Positions 50,102-60,582 of a stretch of 64,000 nucleotides of DNA are shown piece by piece; position 1 is the first letter of the stretch; each line of letters begins with the position of its first letter. Location: assembly GCA_963702095.1 (NCBI GenBank), contig OY969706.1, forward strand, positions 2,784,001 through 2,848,000. The letters are read 5' to 3'. The position numbers and the translations under genes were made by a program. The DNA comes from Candidatus Bathyarchaeota archaeon. Lineage in GTDB: Archaea > Thermoproteota > Bathyarchaeia > Bathyarchaeales > Bathycorpusculaceae. The notes under the pieces are model-generated. The model did no database searches. It was given only the letters and a program-made list of their open reading frames with translations, and was not told the origin of the DNA.

Positions 50102-51262
50102 TTAGAGAGCTTGGGCGATGCGTTTGCAGGCTTCTGCTATGCGTTCTTTTGGCTGCGTAAACGTGATGCGCACATACCCTTCGCCGTGTTTGCCGAAGCC
50201 GACCCCGGGTGTGACAACGACGCCTACATCGAGCAGTTTAGCGGCGAACTTTATCGAGTCGCCCTTGCAGTTCACCCACACGTAGAAGGTGGCTTTGGGT
50301 TTTTCACATGGGTAACCCAGCTTGGTTAGGGTGTCAACGAGGAGGTCACGGCGTTCCGCCATGACTTGGTTGTTCTTCTTTAGAAACTCTGGCGGGTCAC
50401 TGCTTGTGTAGCTGCCCAAGGCTGTAACCGCGACTTTCTGAGTGTAAACTGGCGGACCAGAGTCAATCTGCGACTTCACCCTTGCTAAACCAGCAATCAA
50501 TTGCTTGTTGCCCACTGCGAAGCCGATGCGGTCGCCTGTCATGTTAAACGTTTTAGACAGCGAGTGGAATTCCACTACAACATCCAAAGCCCCGTCGATT
50601 TCTAGTATGCTGGGTGCGCGGTAGCCGTCGTAGGTGATTTCTGAGTAGGCGTTGTCGTAGCAGAGGATGATGTTGTTGTCTTTGGCGAATTGGACGGCTT
50701 CTTTGAGGCATTTTTGGTCGATGACTGCGGCGGTGGGGTTGTTCGGGTAGTTGATGAACATCATCTTCACGCGTCGGGCATCGACTGCTTCGAGGTCAGG
50801 TTTGAAGTTGTTTTCTGCCAAAAGCGGCAGGGGTACAGGTGTGCCGTCGCAGAGGATGGCGCTGCCGTTGGCGTAGACCGGGTACGCGGGGTCGGGGCAG
50901 AGCACGTTGTCGCCGGCATTTATGAATGCCCGTGCGATGTTGGCTATTCCTTCTTTGGAGCCCAAAAGCGCCACAACTTGGTCCTGCATCAAATCCACGC
51001 CGAAGCGTTTCTTGTACCACCCTACAACTGCCATTCGAAAGTCGGGTTCGCCTTGGCTGAAGCTGTAATTGTGGTTTTTGAGGTCACCTGCCTGCTCCTT
51101 TAGCGCATCCACAACGAATTGGGGCGGCGGCAAATCAGGGTCACCGATGGACAACGAAATAAGGTCGATTCCTTGTGCTTTCTTTTCTTTTTGGGTTCTC
51201 TCGATTTCTGCAAATAAGTATGGTGGTAACCGTTTGATTCGTTCTGCAAACTCAAAAGTCAA
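50102..51262 (-). CDS. dapL: LL-diaminopimelate aminotransferase
   Basis: RLPPYLFAEI, NYPNNPT, DNAYSE, SLSKTFNMTG.RIG; lies in the dap operon. Confidence 0.85.
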   Translation of the reverse strand: MTFEFAERIKRLPPYLFAEIERTQKEKKAQGIDLISLSIGDPDLPPPQFVVDALKEQAGDLKNHNYSFSQGEPDFRMAVVGWYKKRFGVDLMQDQVVALLGSKEGIANIARAFINAGDNVLCPDPAYPVYANGSAILCDGTPVPLPLLAENNFKPDLEAVDARRVKMMFINYPNNPTAAVIDQKCLKEAVQFAKDNNIILCYDNAYSEITYDGYRAPSILEIDGALDVVVEFHSLSKTFNMTGDRIGFAVGNKQLIAGLARVKSQIDSGPPVYTQKVAVTALGSYTSSDPPEFLKKNNQVMAERRDLLVDTLTKLGYPCEKPKATFYVWVNCKGDSIKFAAKLLDVGVVVTPGVGFGKHGEGYVRITFTQPKERIAEACKRIAQAL

Positions 51263-51264
51263 AG

Positions 51265-52098
51265 TTATGTCTCCTTGAATAGTGTGCCTTCAAAAACTTT
51301 CTCGGCTGGGCCAATCAGGTATATGGTGTCGTCGACTTCAACTTGGAGGTCGCCTCCAAGAGCGTGGACGTTGACTCTGTTGCCGATTTTGCCCAGTTTG
51401 TTTGCTGCTGCGACGGCGGCGCATATTCCTGTGCCACAGGCGAGGGTTTCCCCGCAGCCCCGCTCCCAAACCCGAACCGTGAGCTCGTTGCGACTGTTAA
51501 CTTGGACGAAGACCGCGTTGGTTCTTCTGGGAAAAGCCTTGTGGTTCTCAACGAGTTTTCCCACAGAATAAACTGGAAACACATCGATGTTCTCCACAAA
51601 GGTGACGCAATGCGGGTTCCCCATGGAGAGGCAGGTTACCTTGTAGAGGTCATCGTCGATTTCTAAGTTTTGGTTTACGCAAATGCCTTCGCCGACCATG
51701 GGAAGTGAGGAGCGCTGCCAGTTGGGTGCGCCCATATCAACCTTTACCGATGTTACTTGGTCACCGTTAAGTGTTAACCAAACATGCTTTATGCCTGCCA
51801 ATGTCTCAACAAAGAACTCTGTTTTCTCTACGATGCCGTTTTCGTAGCAGTACCTGCTAAAGCATCGGATACCGTTGCCGCACATTTCGGCTTCGCTGCC
51901 GTCGGGGTTGAAAATCCGCATCTTCGCATCGGCAACTTTTGAGGGATAAACCAGCAGAAGCCCGTCTCCACCAATCGCGAACCTGCGCGATAAAAGTTCC
52001 TCTGCAAGTCTGGGAGCCCGCTTATCAGTGATTTTTTGGTCTCTGTTATCGATGACAACGTAGTCGTTGCCTAATCCATGCATCTTCCAAAAACGCAT
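51265..52098 (-). CDS. dapF: diaminopimelate epimerase
   Basis: KMHGLGND, EMCGNGIRC, GNPH, ERGCGETLACGTG. Confidence 0.96.
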   Translation of the reverse strand: MRFWKMHGLGNDYVVIDNRDQKITDKRAPRLAEELLSRRFAIGGDGLLLVYPSKVADAKMRIFNPDGSEAEMCGNGIRCFSRYCYENGIVEKTEFFVETLAGIKHVWLTLNGDQVTSVKVDMGAPNWQRSSLPMVGEGICVNQNLEIDDDLYKVTCLSMGNPHCVTFVENIDVFPVYSVGKLVENHKAFPRRTNAVFVQVNSRNELTVRVWERGCGETLACGTGICAAVAAANKLGKIGNRVNVHALGGDLQVEVDDTIYLIGPAEKVFEGTLFKET

Positions 52099-53396
52099 CA
52101 GGACTCACTCTGGATTTTTTGACTGGAAATCAAGTCGCCGAGTTGCTCGCGGTTCCGTACTATGACGGGTTTGCCGCCTCGAACCATGACTTCTGCTGCT
52201 CTGGGGCGCGAATTGTACTGGCTGCTCATGCTAAAGCCATAGGCGCCTGCGTTTAGGACTGCCAGTAAGTCACCTTCCCTGATTTCAGGTAACTGCCGTT
52301 CTTTTGCAAGTAAGTCGCCTGACTCGCAGATTGGACCTGCTACGTCGTAGGTTTCTTTGTCAGCCTCGTTTAGTTTGTTGGCAACTAAGATATGGTGGTA
52401 GCTGCCATACATGGTGGGGCGCACAAGCGTGTTGAAGCCTGCGTCTACGCCGACGAATGTGCGGCTAGGCGTCGCTTTCACCGTGTTCACTGCTGTGAGT
52501 AGTATGCACGCGTCGGCTACTAGGTACCTGCCAGGTTCAACAAATAGGAAAGGCTTGCCCAACCCGTATTCCTTGACTTTATTCTTGAATAAAGTGACGA
52601 CTTTGCTGGAGAACTCGACGAGGTCTATCTCTTTGTCTTCGGGTTTGTAGGGAACGCCTATTCCGCCGCCTATGTCAATGAACTCGAAGTCGATGCCTAC
52701 TTCATCATGCACCCGCTTGGCTATTTGGAGCAGTTTCTCCACTGCCAAAACATAGGGTTCAGCTTCGAGAATGCCTGAGCCGATGTGCATGTGCATTCCG
52801 AAGCGTCCGACGCGGGCGCGTTGGGCAATTGCGTAAGCTTGGATGACTTCCTCCTCCCATAGGCCAAACTTGGATTCGGGGCCCGCAGTGATGCAGTGGC
52901 TGTGGTGTCCAGCGCCGACTTCTGGGTTGACGCGTACCGAGAGGATCTGGGGCACCGAAATTTTGAGGAGGCGGTCCATTTCCGATTGGGAGTCGACGTT
53001 GATTGTTATGTTGGCGTCTGAGAGCATTTTGAGTTCGTCGTCTCGGACGCTGGTTCCAGTGAATAGGATGCGGTCGGGTGTGAAGCCGCTGCTTAATGCT
53101 AAGAACACTTCGCCTGGGCTGACTGTGTCGAGGTATGCGCCTTGAGACTGCAGAATCCGCAGCACCGTCATGTTGGTGTTTGCTTTGGCGGCGTAGTAGA
53201 TGCGTACGTACTTGTAGTTGTTTACTAAGGCGCCGTAGAGGCGGTTGTAGTTGTCTCTTATGCGTTTTTCACTGATTAAATACAGTGGGGTATCATACTG
53301 TTTTGCCAACTCCACTGTTGAGTAACCGTCAAAGTAGAGGCTGCCTTTTCGGTCCTCGAGTGGTTCACGAAGCTTTCTCTTAACCATACCATACAC
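52098..53396 (-). CDS. lysA: diaminopimelate decarboxylase
   Basis: YAAKAN, HIGS, DIGGG, EPGRY, GPICESGD, AGAYG. Confidence 0.96.
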   Translation of the reverse strand: MYGMVKRKLREPLEDRKGSLYFDGYSTVELAKQYDTPLYLISEKRIRDNYNRLYGALVNNYKYVRIYYAAKANTNMTVLRILQSQGAYLDTVSPGEVFLALSSGFTPDRILFTGTSVRDDELKMLSDANITINVDSQSEMDRLLKISVPQILSVRVNPEVGAGHHSHCITAGPESKFGLWEEEVIQAYAIAQRARVGRFGMHMHIGSGILEAEPYVLAVEKLLQIAKRVHDEVGIDFEFIDIGGGIGVPYKPEDKEIDLVEFSSKVVTLFKNKVKEYGLGKPFLFVEPGRYLVADACILLTAVNTVKATPSRTFVGVDAGFNTLVRPTMYGSYHHILVANKLNEADKETYDVAGPICESGDLLAKERQLPEIREGDLLAVLNAGAYGFSMSSQYNSRPRAAEVMVRGGKPVIVRNREQLGDLISSQKIQSES

Positions 53397-53421
53397 CAGA
53401 TTTTGTAACTAGAAGGCTGTT

Positions 53422-54483
53422 TTAAGCTAAACCGTTAGCTACATACAGTTCTGCGCCAAGTATTCCTCCGCCAGCAGCGCCCCGCACTGTGTTGTGTCCA
53501 AGGCACATGTACTTGAAAGTCAAGATTGGGTCCTTGCGTATCCTGCCCACTGTAACTGCCATGCCGCGGCTTGTGCCTCGGTCGTAGCGGGGTTGGGGAC
53601 GGTTCTTTTCATGCCGAACCACGATGGGTTGGGCAGGTGCAGAGGGCAACTTGAGCAGTTGCGGAGCACCCCTGAAGTCTTCAAACGCCGCTTCAATCTG
53701 CTTCAGTGAGGGCTCCTGATCCAGCTTTACGAATATGGACTCTAAGTGCCCATCTTTAACGTTGACTCTGTTGCAGCTTGAGCTTATCTTGAAATCAGCG
53801 TTCACTACTCCATTGGCTCCGTTGTAGGTTCCAAGTATCTTGAGGGCTTCGGACTCCATCTTGTCTTCTTCGCCTGAAATGAATGGAACCACGTTGTCGA
53901 TGATATCCAGTGAAGCTACGCCTGGGTATCCTGCGCCGCTGAGAGCTTGCATTGTAGTAACTATGACCTGTTTTAAGCCGAACTGCATAAGCGGCTTTAG
54001 CGAAATCGCCATCTGCGTTGTACTGCAGTTGGGGTCAGTGGAGATGAAGCCGCTCCATCCGCGTTGTTTCTGCTGAATCTTGACCAATTCGATGTGGTCA
54101 GGGTTGATTTCTGGGATAAGCAAAGGAACGTCTTTTTCCATGCGGTGTGCGCTGGCTTTGCTAAACACTGGGTAGAGGGCTGCGAATTCCTTCTCCACTG
54201 GACCCGCTAAATCACCGGGTAAGGACGTGAATACTATGTCGAAATCGCCTGTTTGCTCCGCTGACTTCACGTCTATGTTAGCAACTGGCATTTCACCGAT
54301 TTCTCTGGGCATCTCTGTCTCCATGAGCCAGTTGCAGGCATCTTTGAATTTTTTGCCTGCGCTCCGCTCTGAAGCCGCGAGCACTGAGACCTCAAACCAG
54401 GGGTGTCCCTGTAAGAGTTGAATGTACCGCTGTCCCACGGCGCCTGTTGCGCCTAAAATGGCGACTTTACGCTTATTTGACAT
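53422..54483 (-). CDS. asd: aspartate-semialdehyde dehydrogenase
   Basis: GATGAVG, PNCST, QALSGAG, HNTVRGAA. Confidence 0.96.
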   Translation of the reverse strand: MSNKRKVAILGATGAVGQRYIQLLQGHPWFEVSVLAASERSAGKKFKDACNWLMETEMPREIGEMPVANIDVKSAEQTGDFDIVFTSLPGDLAGPVEKEFAALYPVFSKASAHRMEKDVPLLIPEINPDHIELVKIQQKQRGWSGFISTDPNCSTTQMAISLKPLMQFGLKQVIVTTMQALSGAGYPGVASLDIIDNVVPFISGEEDKMESEALKILGTYNGANGVVNADFKISSSCNRVNVKDGHLESIFVKLDQEPSLKQIEAAFEDFRGAPQLLKLPSAPAQPIVVRHEKNRPQPRYDRGTSRGMAVTVGRIRKDPILTFKYMCLGHNTVRGAAGGGILGAELYVANGLA

Positions 54484-54554
54484 TGAACGTTCTTCCTTCG
54501 ACGAGTCTCTTATTCTTTAACTTGATAAAAAAGGTAATGGTGAGTTTTTCGGTG

Positions 54555-55346
54555 TTAAGATAGTCCTAGCACGTCCGCCATAGAGTAGACTTTGGGTGTG
54601 GTTTGTTTGCTTATCCACTCGGCAGCGAGGACGGCGCCCTGAGCTAAGACGGTGCGGTTAAACGCGGTGTGTTCGATGCGCAGCATCTCGTTTGGTCCTG
54701 CAACGATGACGCAGTGGATTCCCGGTACTCCGCCTGCACGTATGGCAACGGACTCCAGTTCACCCGGGTGCCTTGGACTGATGCCTTCTCTGCCATAGAC
54801 GGTTTTGCTGTAATTGCGAGTCTCGGAAATGATTTGTTCCAGCTTTTTCGCTGTTCCGCTTGGCGCGTCCTTTTTACCTGTATGATGGATTTCGCAGAGG
54901 CTAACGTCATATCCTGCTGGGAACGCTTTGAGTTGTTCCGCGAGTTTGAAGAGTATGTTGACGCCTACACTGTAATTCGGCGAGAACACAGCCGGAACTT
55001 TACCCGACATTGCCTCAGTTACCTGTCGGTTCTGGTCTACTGTGAAGCCTGTGGTGCCGAGGACTATACGTTTGCCGAGGTCTACGGCGAGTGGTATGTT
55101 GACTAAATCTGCGGCTGGCGCTGTGAAGCTTATGAATATGTCGGCGTCTTTGAGGGCTTGCGTTAAACTGTCGGAACCTTGGATTAATGTGTCGGAGTTG
55201 CTGCCGAGTTCACGGAGGCTTTTACCGACCGCTGGTGAATTCGAGGCTTCGACTGCGCCTACGATCTGGTGTCCCCTGACGGTAGCTTCGCCTATGATGG
55301 CTTGCCCCATTCTGCCCGCTGCACCTGCGACACAGAGCTTAAGCAT
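54555..55346 (-). CDS. dapB: 4-hydroxy-tetrahydrodipicolinate reductase
   Basis: GAAGRMG, GTTG, EIHHTGKKDAPSGTA. Confidence 0.96.
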   Translation of the reverse strand: MLKLCVAGAAGRMGQAIIGEATVRGHQIVGAVEASNSPAVGKSLRELGSNSDTLIQGSDSLTQALKDADIFISFTAPAADLVNIPLAVDLGKRIVLGTTGFTVDQNRQVTEAMSGKVPAVFSPNYSVGVNILFKLAEQLKAFPAGYDVSLCEIHHTGKKDAPSGTAKKLEQIISETRNYSKTVYGREGISPRHPGELESVAIRAGGVPGIHCVIVAGPNEMLRIEHTAFNRTVLAQGAVLAAEWISKQTTPKVYSMADVLGLS

Positions 55347-56376
55347 AGTAGAGTCCCTCTATGTACTTCTCGTTGTAGAGGCGGTCTTTTAAATCCACGC
55401 TGAAATATTCAGCTATGGGCTCAAGAACCTGTGGGTTAGCTTCGTAGACTTTGCGTGCGCTAGCCAAAACAACTTCAACGCCGCCCCTCGTCATTTTACC
55501 CAGCGGTTGCCTACATGGTCCAGAGGGCATTCCCAGCACATTCATCAGCGTCTTGTAGGCAACTGGGTTACGTGCTTTACAGGCTACTGGACCATAGGGT
55601 GTTTGCTCAATGGTTTTTACCGTTACAATGTTAAACAGCGGCTGAAGTGCTTGGTTGATTACGCTGGCAGCTTCCTCGTTGCCGTCCAACGCGTAGTGCA
55701 CCATGTCTGCGACTGCTTGTGGCGCTACGTTTGAAACGACTGAGATTACTCCGCTGGCTGCTATGTCGGGTGAGGTCAGCATTGTTAAGGTTTTGTCGTC
55801 GTCCCCGCTTAGGATGTTAAAGTTTTCTCCGCAGAGGTGGCGGGTTAGTTCCATGTTTTTGAGGTCGCCTGTGGCTTCCTTGACGCAGCTCACGTTGGGA
55901 TACTGCGCGTGTAGAGCGGCGAGGTCTTGAGGGAGCAGTTGGGTGCCGGTTCTGCCTGGGATGATGTAGGGGATAACTTGGACTTCGGGGAAACGCTTTG
56001 CTACGGGTTCGATGTATTCTTTTCTGATTTCAAGTGAGCTTGGACCATTGTAGTAGGGGTCTACGAGCAAAACTGCAGTGATTCCTGCATGGTAGGCGTG
56101 TTCGGTGCCGTCGAGGGTTTCCTGTGTGCTGTTGCTGCCTGTGCCCGCGATCGTTAAGCCGCGTTTGCCCATGTATTCGTGGGTTTTCTCGATAACTTTG
56201 CTGTGTTCATTCCAGTCTAGCGTGGGGCTTTCGCCGGTTGTGCCGACGGCGAGGATGCCTTTGACGCCGTTTTTTATTTGGAAATCCACCAATTGTGCTA
56301 ATCCTTCGTAATCGACTTGGCGGTTACGGTTCATGGGGGTTATTAGTGCTGTGTAACAACCGCTGAATGTTGCCAA
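55339..56376 (-). CDS. dapA: 4-hydroxy-tetrahydrodipicolinate synthase
   Basis: GTTGESPTL, PYYN, Y.IPGRTG, KEATG, SGDD. Confidence 0.95.
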   Translation of the reverse strand: MATFSGCYTALITPMNRNRQVDYEGLAQLVDFQIKNGVKGILAVGTTGESPTLDWNEHSKVIEKTHEYMGKRGLTIAGTGSNSTQETLDGTEHAYHAGITAVLLVDPYYNGPSSLEIRKEYIEPVAKRFPEVQVIPYIIPGRTGTQLLPQDLAALHAQYPNVSCVKEATGDLKNMELTRHLCGENFNILSGDDDKTLTMLTSPDIAASGVISVVSNVAPQAVADMVHYALDGNEEAASVINQALQPLFNIVTVKTIEQTPYGPVACKARNPVAYKTLMNVLGMPSGPCRQPLGKMTRGGVEVVLASARKVYEANPQVLEPIAEYFSVDLKDRLYNEKYIEGLYYA

Positions 56377-56540
56377 TTTTTATTCCTCATATTCGTGGGT
56401 GACGAACTGATGGGTTGCACAATATTTAAGTTTTACGCTTTACATATTTTAACTACGGAAAACGTAATTGATTAATCATAAACATATTAGAAAATGCTCC
56501 AGTTATAACGCTTTACGTAAAAAAACAACGGCAAACAAGG

Positions 56541-56840
56541 TTAAGGCACAACAGTATACGCCGTAAAACACCCCTCACAACTACCATAAATCCTCCTCAA
56601 ATACGCCAACGCCTCATCCAACGTAGCAGCAGCCGGAATAACCTGTCGAAAATTATCTGCCCTAATAACCTCAGTTAACTTCCCCGTCTGCGTCCCAACT
56701 ATTCGCAACTTCAACAAACGCGATCCACAGGCAAACACTGCCACATCACCCATCCGAGGTCTACCCTTTCGTACATCGATTGTTTTTTTGCCCTCACTTA
56801 ACCACTCGAGAACCTCTTTTTTTGCCAGAAACATCGGCAC
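56541..56840 (-). CDS. ASCH/PUA-like domain protein
   Basis: GKKTIDVRKG...GDVAVF signature. Confidence 0.75.
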   Translation of the reverse strand: MPMFLAKKEVLEWLSEGKKTIDVRKGRPRMGDVAVFACGSRLLKLRIVGTQTGKLTEVIRADNFRQVIPAAATLDEALAYLRRIYGSCEGCFTAYTVVP

Positions 56841-56955
56841 CGCTAAACACCACGCCCAATTTGCCCTATCTATAAGATAAGTATTCAGTTAAAAAGCGGA
56901 TAGATACAAAAAATGAAAAAGTAGAGTTGGGGAACTTGGGGAAGAAACGGTTGGT

Positions 56956-57153
56956 TTACCCTTTGCCTTTTTCTTCTTTACCGAAGTACTGAGTCCACTT
57001 TAGCTTGCGTGCATCACGTTTGAATTCGAGGCTGCTCTTTTTGCATTTGCTGGAGTCAAACCAGAGGATTGAGCCGTCGTTTTTAACGTACATCATGCCT
57101 GTGCCAGCTGGGAAATCAGCACCACAGAACGAACATTTTCTCGGTTTTGGCAT
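56956..57153 (-). CDS. rpl24e: 50S ribosomal protein L24e
   Basis: CSFCG....GTGMMYVKNDG, SSKC, RKLKWT. Confidence 0.95.
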   Translation of the reverse strand: MPKPRKCSFCGADFPAGTGMMYVKNDGSILWFDSSKCKKSSLEFKRDARKLKWTQYFGKEEKGKG

Positions 57154-57174
57154 GACACATTTCTCCAAATAGTT

Positions 57175-57396
57175 TTATCTTGTGATTTTCTTTGCTTCAC
57201 GTTCAGTTTCTCGAAGCATCAGGATATCTTGAACGCGTACTGGTCCTTTAACGTTGCGTGTGATGATTCTGCCTTTGTCTTTGCCTTCCATGATTCTGAC
57301 GCGGACCTGTGTGATTTCGCCTGTTACGCCTGTGCGTCCGATGATTTGGATAACTTCCGAGGGAACTTGTTCGTCTGTTGTTTCTTTGCTACTCAT
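57175..57396 (-). CDS. rps28e: 30S ribosomal protein S28e
   Basis: [28 protein letters not shown]. Confidence 0.97.
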   Translation of the reverse strand: MSSKETTDEQVPSEVIQIIGRTGVTGEITQVRVRIMEGKDKGRIITRNVKGPVRVQDILMLRETEREAKKITR

Positions 57397-57397
57397 A

Positions 57398-57778
57398 TTA
57401 CTGAGTGCCTCGTTTAACCTGGTCGATGCGTGTGATGATTTCTTTGATTAAGCCTGCTGCTTCTCCCTCTCTCATGATGACTGCTGCTGCGCATGGGACT
57501 TCGATGCCGATGGATTTGCCGAGTTGTTCTTTGCTTGGGACAAAGACGTATGGGATTTTGCGTTCGTCACAGAGTAGTGGTAGGTGTGCAATGACTTCTG
57601 GGGGGTCAACGTCTTCGGCGATGATGACTAGTTTTGCTTGGCTGCGTTCCACAGCTTTTGTGGCTTCGTTTGTTCCTTTCCTAACTGATCCTGATTTTGA
57701 AGCAATCGTTAGGGCTTCATAGGCTGCATCTACGAGTTCTTTTGGGACTTCATACTTTACATAGAATGGTTTTGTCAT
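57398..57778 (-). CDS. rpl7ae: 50S ribosomal protein L7Ae
   Basis: [29 protein letters not shown]. Confidence 0.97.
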   Translation of the reverse strand: MTKPFYVKYEVPKELVDAAYEALTIASKSGSVRKGTNEATKAVERSQAKLVIIAEDVDPPEVIAHLPLLCDERKIPYVFVPSKEQLGKSIGIEVPCAAAVIMREGEAAGLIKEIITRIDQVKRGTQ

Positions 57779-57944
57779 GTTTTCTTGGCCTCACCCTTGT
57801 TAAGGCACAGTCTTATCCACGCTTCACATTTAATAAGTTTTCGACTCCAAAAGATCATCTTTGTTCCTTCGCCTTATATACCATCCAGAAACCTTTAAAT
57901 CCCAAGCTACGGCTACATCCATGTTTTCGAGAGGGGAACCGCGT

Positions 57945-58187
57945 TTGCAAAGACTGGGCAGGATTTCAAATGTATCTCCTTCAGGAAACGCCATAGTTAA
58001 AGCAGAAAAACCCCCGAAAATCGGCTCCGAAGTCGTCGATGAGAACCTAAATGTTATCGGTAAAGTTTTCGACATAATTGGCCCGGTCTCTGCGCCTTAT
58101 GCAGTTATAAAACCCAACGTTAGAGAACCCGCCAAACTACTCAATAAACCAGTGTACTTGCTTCTCTCGAAGACAAAACGGAGTTAA
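57945..58187 (+). CDS. gar1: H/ACA RNP protein Gar1
   Basis: [15 protein letters not shown]; conserved gar1-tfb order; start uncertain (57921/57945). Confidence 0.9.
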   Translation: MQRLGRISNVSPSGNAIVKAEKPPKIGSEVVDENLNVIGKVFDIIGPVSAPYAVIKPNVREPAKLLNKPVYLLLSKTKRS

Positions 58188-58194
58188 AGAGAGA

Positions 58195-59169
58195 ATGATC
58201 AGAGACAGCAAGTTACAGGAAGAAATAAATCACGATCAAACCGCAGGCAAAGCCGAACCCTACAAGGCTCGAGTTTGCCCTGAATGCGGAAGCACCCGAC
58301 TTATGCATGATTCAGAAGCAGCAGAAATAGTGTGCATGGACTGCGGTATTGTTGTCCAACAGAAAATGACTGATCGAGGCCCGGAATGGCGAGCGTTTGA
58401 TGATGAACAACGCTCTAAAAGAACCAGAGTCGGTGCCCCCCTAACATACACCATCCATGATAAAGGGTTATCCACAACCATAGATTGGCATGACAGAGAC
58501 ATCTATGGCAAAAGCCTCTCTCCGGGGCAGAAAGCCCAGGTTTATCGTCTGCGAAAATGGCAACGCCGCATCAGAGTCTCCGATGCCACTGAACGTAACC
58601 TTGCCTTTGCACTCTCAGAAATCACAAAGATTTCCAACAACCTCAATTTACCAAAGAATATTTTGGAAACCGCCTCGGTTATCTATCGAAAAGCTGTCAA
58701 AGAACGCCTCATCCGCGGCAGATCCATTCAGGGTGTCACGTCAGCAGCGCTTTATTTGGCGTGTAGGCAATGCGGGTTGCCCAGAACCTTAGATGAGATT
58801 GCTCAAGCCTCAACCGTTAACAAGAAAGAGGTTGGTAGAAGCTATCGTTTCCTAATCCGTGAACTCAACTACTCCATTCCGCCGTTGCGTCCGAGCCAAT
58901 ACATCACAAAGTTCTCCAATCAGTTAACCATGCAGGGGAAAGTGGAGGAAATAGCACATAAAATCTTGGCTGCGGCAAAAGAACTTAAACTAACTTCTGG
59001 CAGAGGACCCACAGGCATCGCCGCCGCGGCAAGCTACATTGCATCAGTGCTCACGGGCGAACGGAAAACACAAAGAGAGATCGCTGAAATTGCGCAGGTT
59101 ACAGAGGTAACCATTCGTAACCGCTATAAAGAACTCGTCGATAGATTGATGTTTCAGATAAGTATCTAA
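58195..59169 (+). CDS. tfb: transcription initiation factor IIB
   Basis: CPECGS Zn ribbon, GPEWRAF, two cyclin repeats, [11 protein letters not shown]. Confidence 0.98.
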   Translation: MIRDSKLQEEINHDQTAGKAEPYKARVCPECGSTRLMHDSEAAEIVCMDCGIVVQQKMTDRGPEWRAFDDEQRSKRTRVGAPLTYTIHDKGLSTTIDWHDRDIYGKSLSPGQKAQVYRLRKWQRRIRVSDATERNLAFALSEITKISNNLNLPKNILETASVIYRKAVKERLIRGRSIQGVTSAALYLACRQCGLPRTLDEIAQASTVNKKEVGRSYRFLIRELNYSIPPLRPSQYITKFSNQLTMQGKVEEIAHKILAAAKELKLTSGRGPTGIAAAASYIASVLTGERKTQREIAEIAQVTEVTIRNRYKELVDRLMFQISI

Positions 59170-59205
59170 GCAACCGCTTCTTTCTTCTTTTTGGTTGGGT
59201 TGGCT

Positions 59206-59502
59206 ATGGTTGATGAGGGCTTCTTTGTAGAGGAGGTAGATAAGTTGACTCTACAGGAGTCTGTTGCTAAACTGCGGCAGATACACAAAGAGTTAAGAGT
59301 GGTCGCTGCTAACCTGCATGGAAAACTGGAGATGCTTGATTCAGAACCCCAATTGCATAGCAGCCTAGACAAGCTAAGGCAGGATGTAGAAGCAAGAGCA
59401 AGCGACCTCGAAGCAGAAGTGAAACGGTTACGCCAAGACCTAAAAAACGTAAAAGACCTCTTAGGGAACGGCAACGACAAAAAAGTATCAACCGATTCTT
59501 AG
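59206..59502 (+). CDS. small coiled-coil protein
   Basis: Heptad-rich (LEAEVKRLRQDL). Confidence 0.7.
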   Translation: MVDEGFFVEEVDKLTLQESVAKLRQIHKELRVVAANLHGKLEMLDSEPQLHSSLDKLRQDVEARASDLEAEVKRLRQDLKNVKDLLGNGNDKKVSTDS

Positions 59503-59547
59503 TAGAACATAGCTATTTTTTTAAGTGTGTAAAAACATTTCTAGGGT

Positions 59548-60162
59548 ATGCCCTATAAATTTACTTTCGACCTGTCTACTGTTCCGCGTTTTTTCTTCAC
59601 AGAATTAACCCTGATAAGCTACCAGAGGGGCATGCATAAATCCTTCCTGAAAACCGCTAACGACTTAATCATTAAATTCCGCATCCAGGAAGCTACGGGA
59701 CTCAACATCTCCGACGCCATAGTTGTGCTCCAAGACCTAATCGACTTGCAGGCGATTAACATCTCGGAGAGACGCAGGTTCCTAGAAACCAAGAAACGAG
59801 CGCTTTTTCTACCCCATTGCTCCCGCAAATACATGGATAGCCGCTGCAAAGCTACCTTCGACGCTTCCATCCCCTCCTACACGTGCGGTCAATGCTCTGA
59901 GGATTGCCAAGTAAACAAGGCAACTCAGTACGCTAAAAGCAAAGGCTATGACGTTTTCCTCCTCCCAGGCGGCTCCTGCATACCCAAAATCCTAAAGAGT
60001 GCACGTTACGAGGGTGTGGTCGGTGTGGCTTGCGGAGAAGAAATGAAGATGATGAGTCATCTGCTGGAGAGCATGGATGTGGCTGGGCAAGGTGTGCCAT
60101 TGATTAAGAACGGTTGTGCAAACACCATTTTTAACATGGAAACCATTGCTAAAGTTCTATAG
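59548..60162 (+). CDS. DUF116 family protein
   Basis: LFLPHCSR, C..C...C, LPGGS, VGVAC, GC.NT. Confidence 0.85.
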   Translation: MPYKFTFDLSTVPRFFFTELTLISYQRGMHKSFLKTANDLIIKFRIQEATGLNISDAIVVLQDLIDLQAINISERRRFLETKKRALFLPHCSRKYMDSRCKATFDASIPSYTCGQCSEDCQVNKATQYAKSKGYDVFLLPGGSCIPKILKSARYEGVVGVACGEEMKMMSHLLESMDVAGQGVPLIKNGCANTIFNMETIAKVL

Positions 60163-60217
60163 CATATATAGCGGTTGATGTTAGTAAAGCTTATAATACC
60201 AGAGCAGAGAGCATTTA

Positions 60218-60499
60218 ATGATTTACATGCCAGTGAAGAAAGCAGCAGCTAAACCGAAAGCTAAAACCAAACCGAAAACACAAGTAAAACCGAAAACTAA
60301 GACGAAGCCAAAAGCACAGGCGAAACCAAAAACAAAATTCTATCGGACAGGCGAAAAATGCCCCGAATCAGGACTCTACGAGCATTTCTGTAAGGAAAAA
60401 GGTGAGGGCGCACGGATTCCGCTGTCTAAATCGGAGACTTTTCCGCCTTGCCGTACCTGTGGCTCGGTTAAGTGGAAACTGATCATGTCAGCAAATTAA
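60218..60499 (+). CDS. Lys/Pro-rich repeat tail fused to YjzC-like small Zn domain
   Basis: Five KPK(A/T)xx hexads, then TGEKCPESGLY...TFPPC..C...W. Confidence 0.75.
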   Translation: MIYMPVKKAAAKPKAKTKPKTQVKPKTKTKPKAQAKPKTKFYRTGEKCPESGLYEHFCKEKGEGARIPLSKSETFPPCRTCGSVKWKLIMSAN

Positions 60500-60582
60500 T
60501 TTTCTCAATTTGATTATGCAGGTCTGCCAGTCTAGCCTCGGTTTGCGTAAACGATATATCGATTCACAATCTTAGGCATGTT

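Noticed and set aside
56377-56540. Lysine riboswitch upstream of dapA
   Set aside because: Short AT-rich region with a TATA box close to the start; no room or stems for the aptamer.
57779-57830. K-turn autoregulatory element in the rpl7ae leader
   Set aside because: Known in other archaea, but I could not build convincing tandem G.A pairs here.
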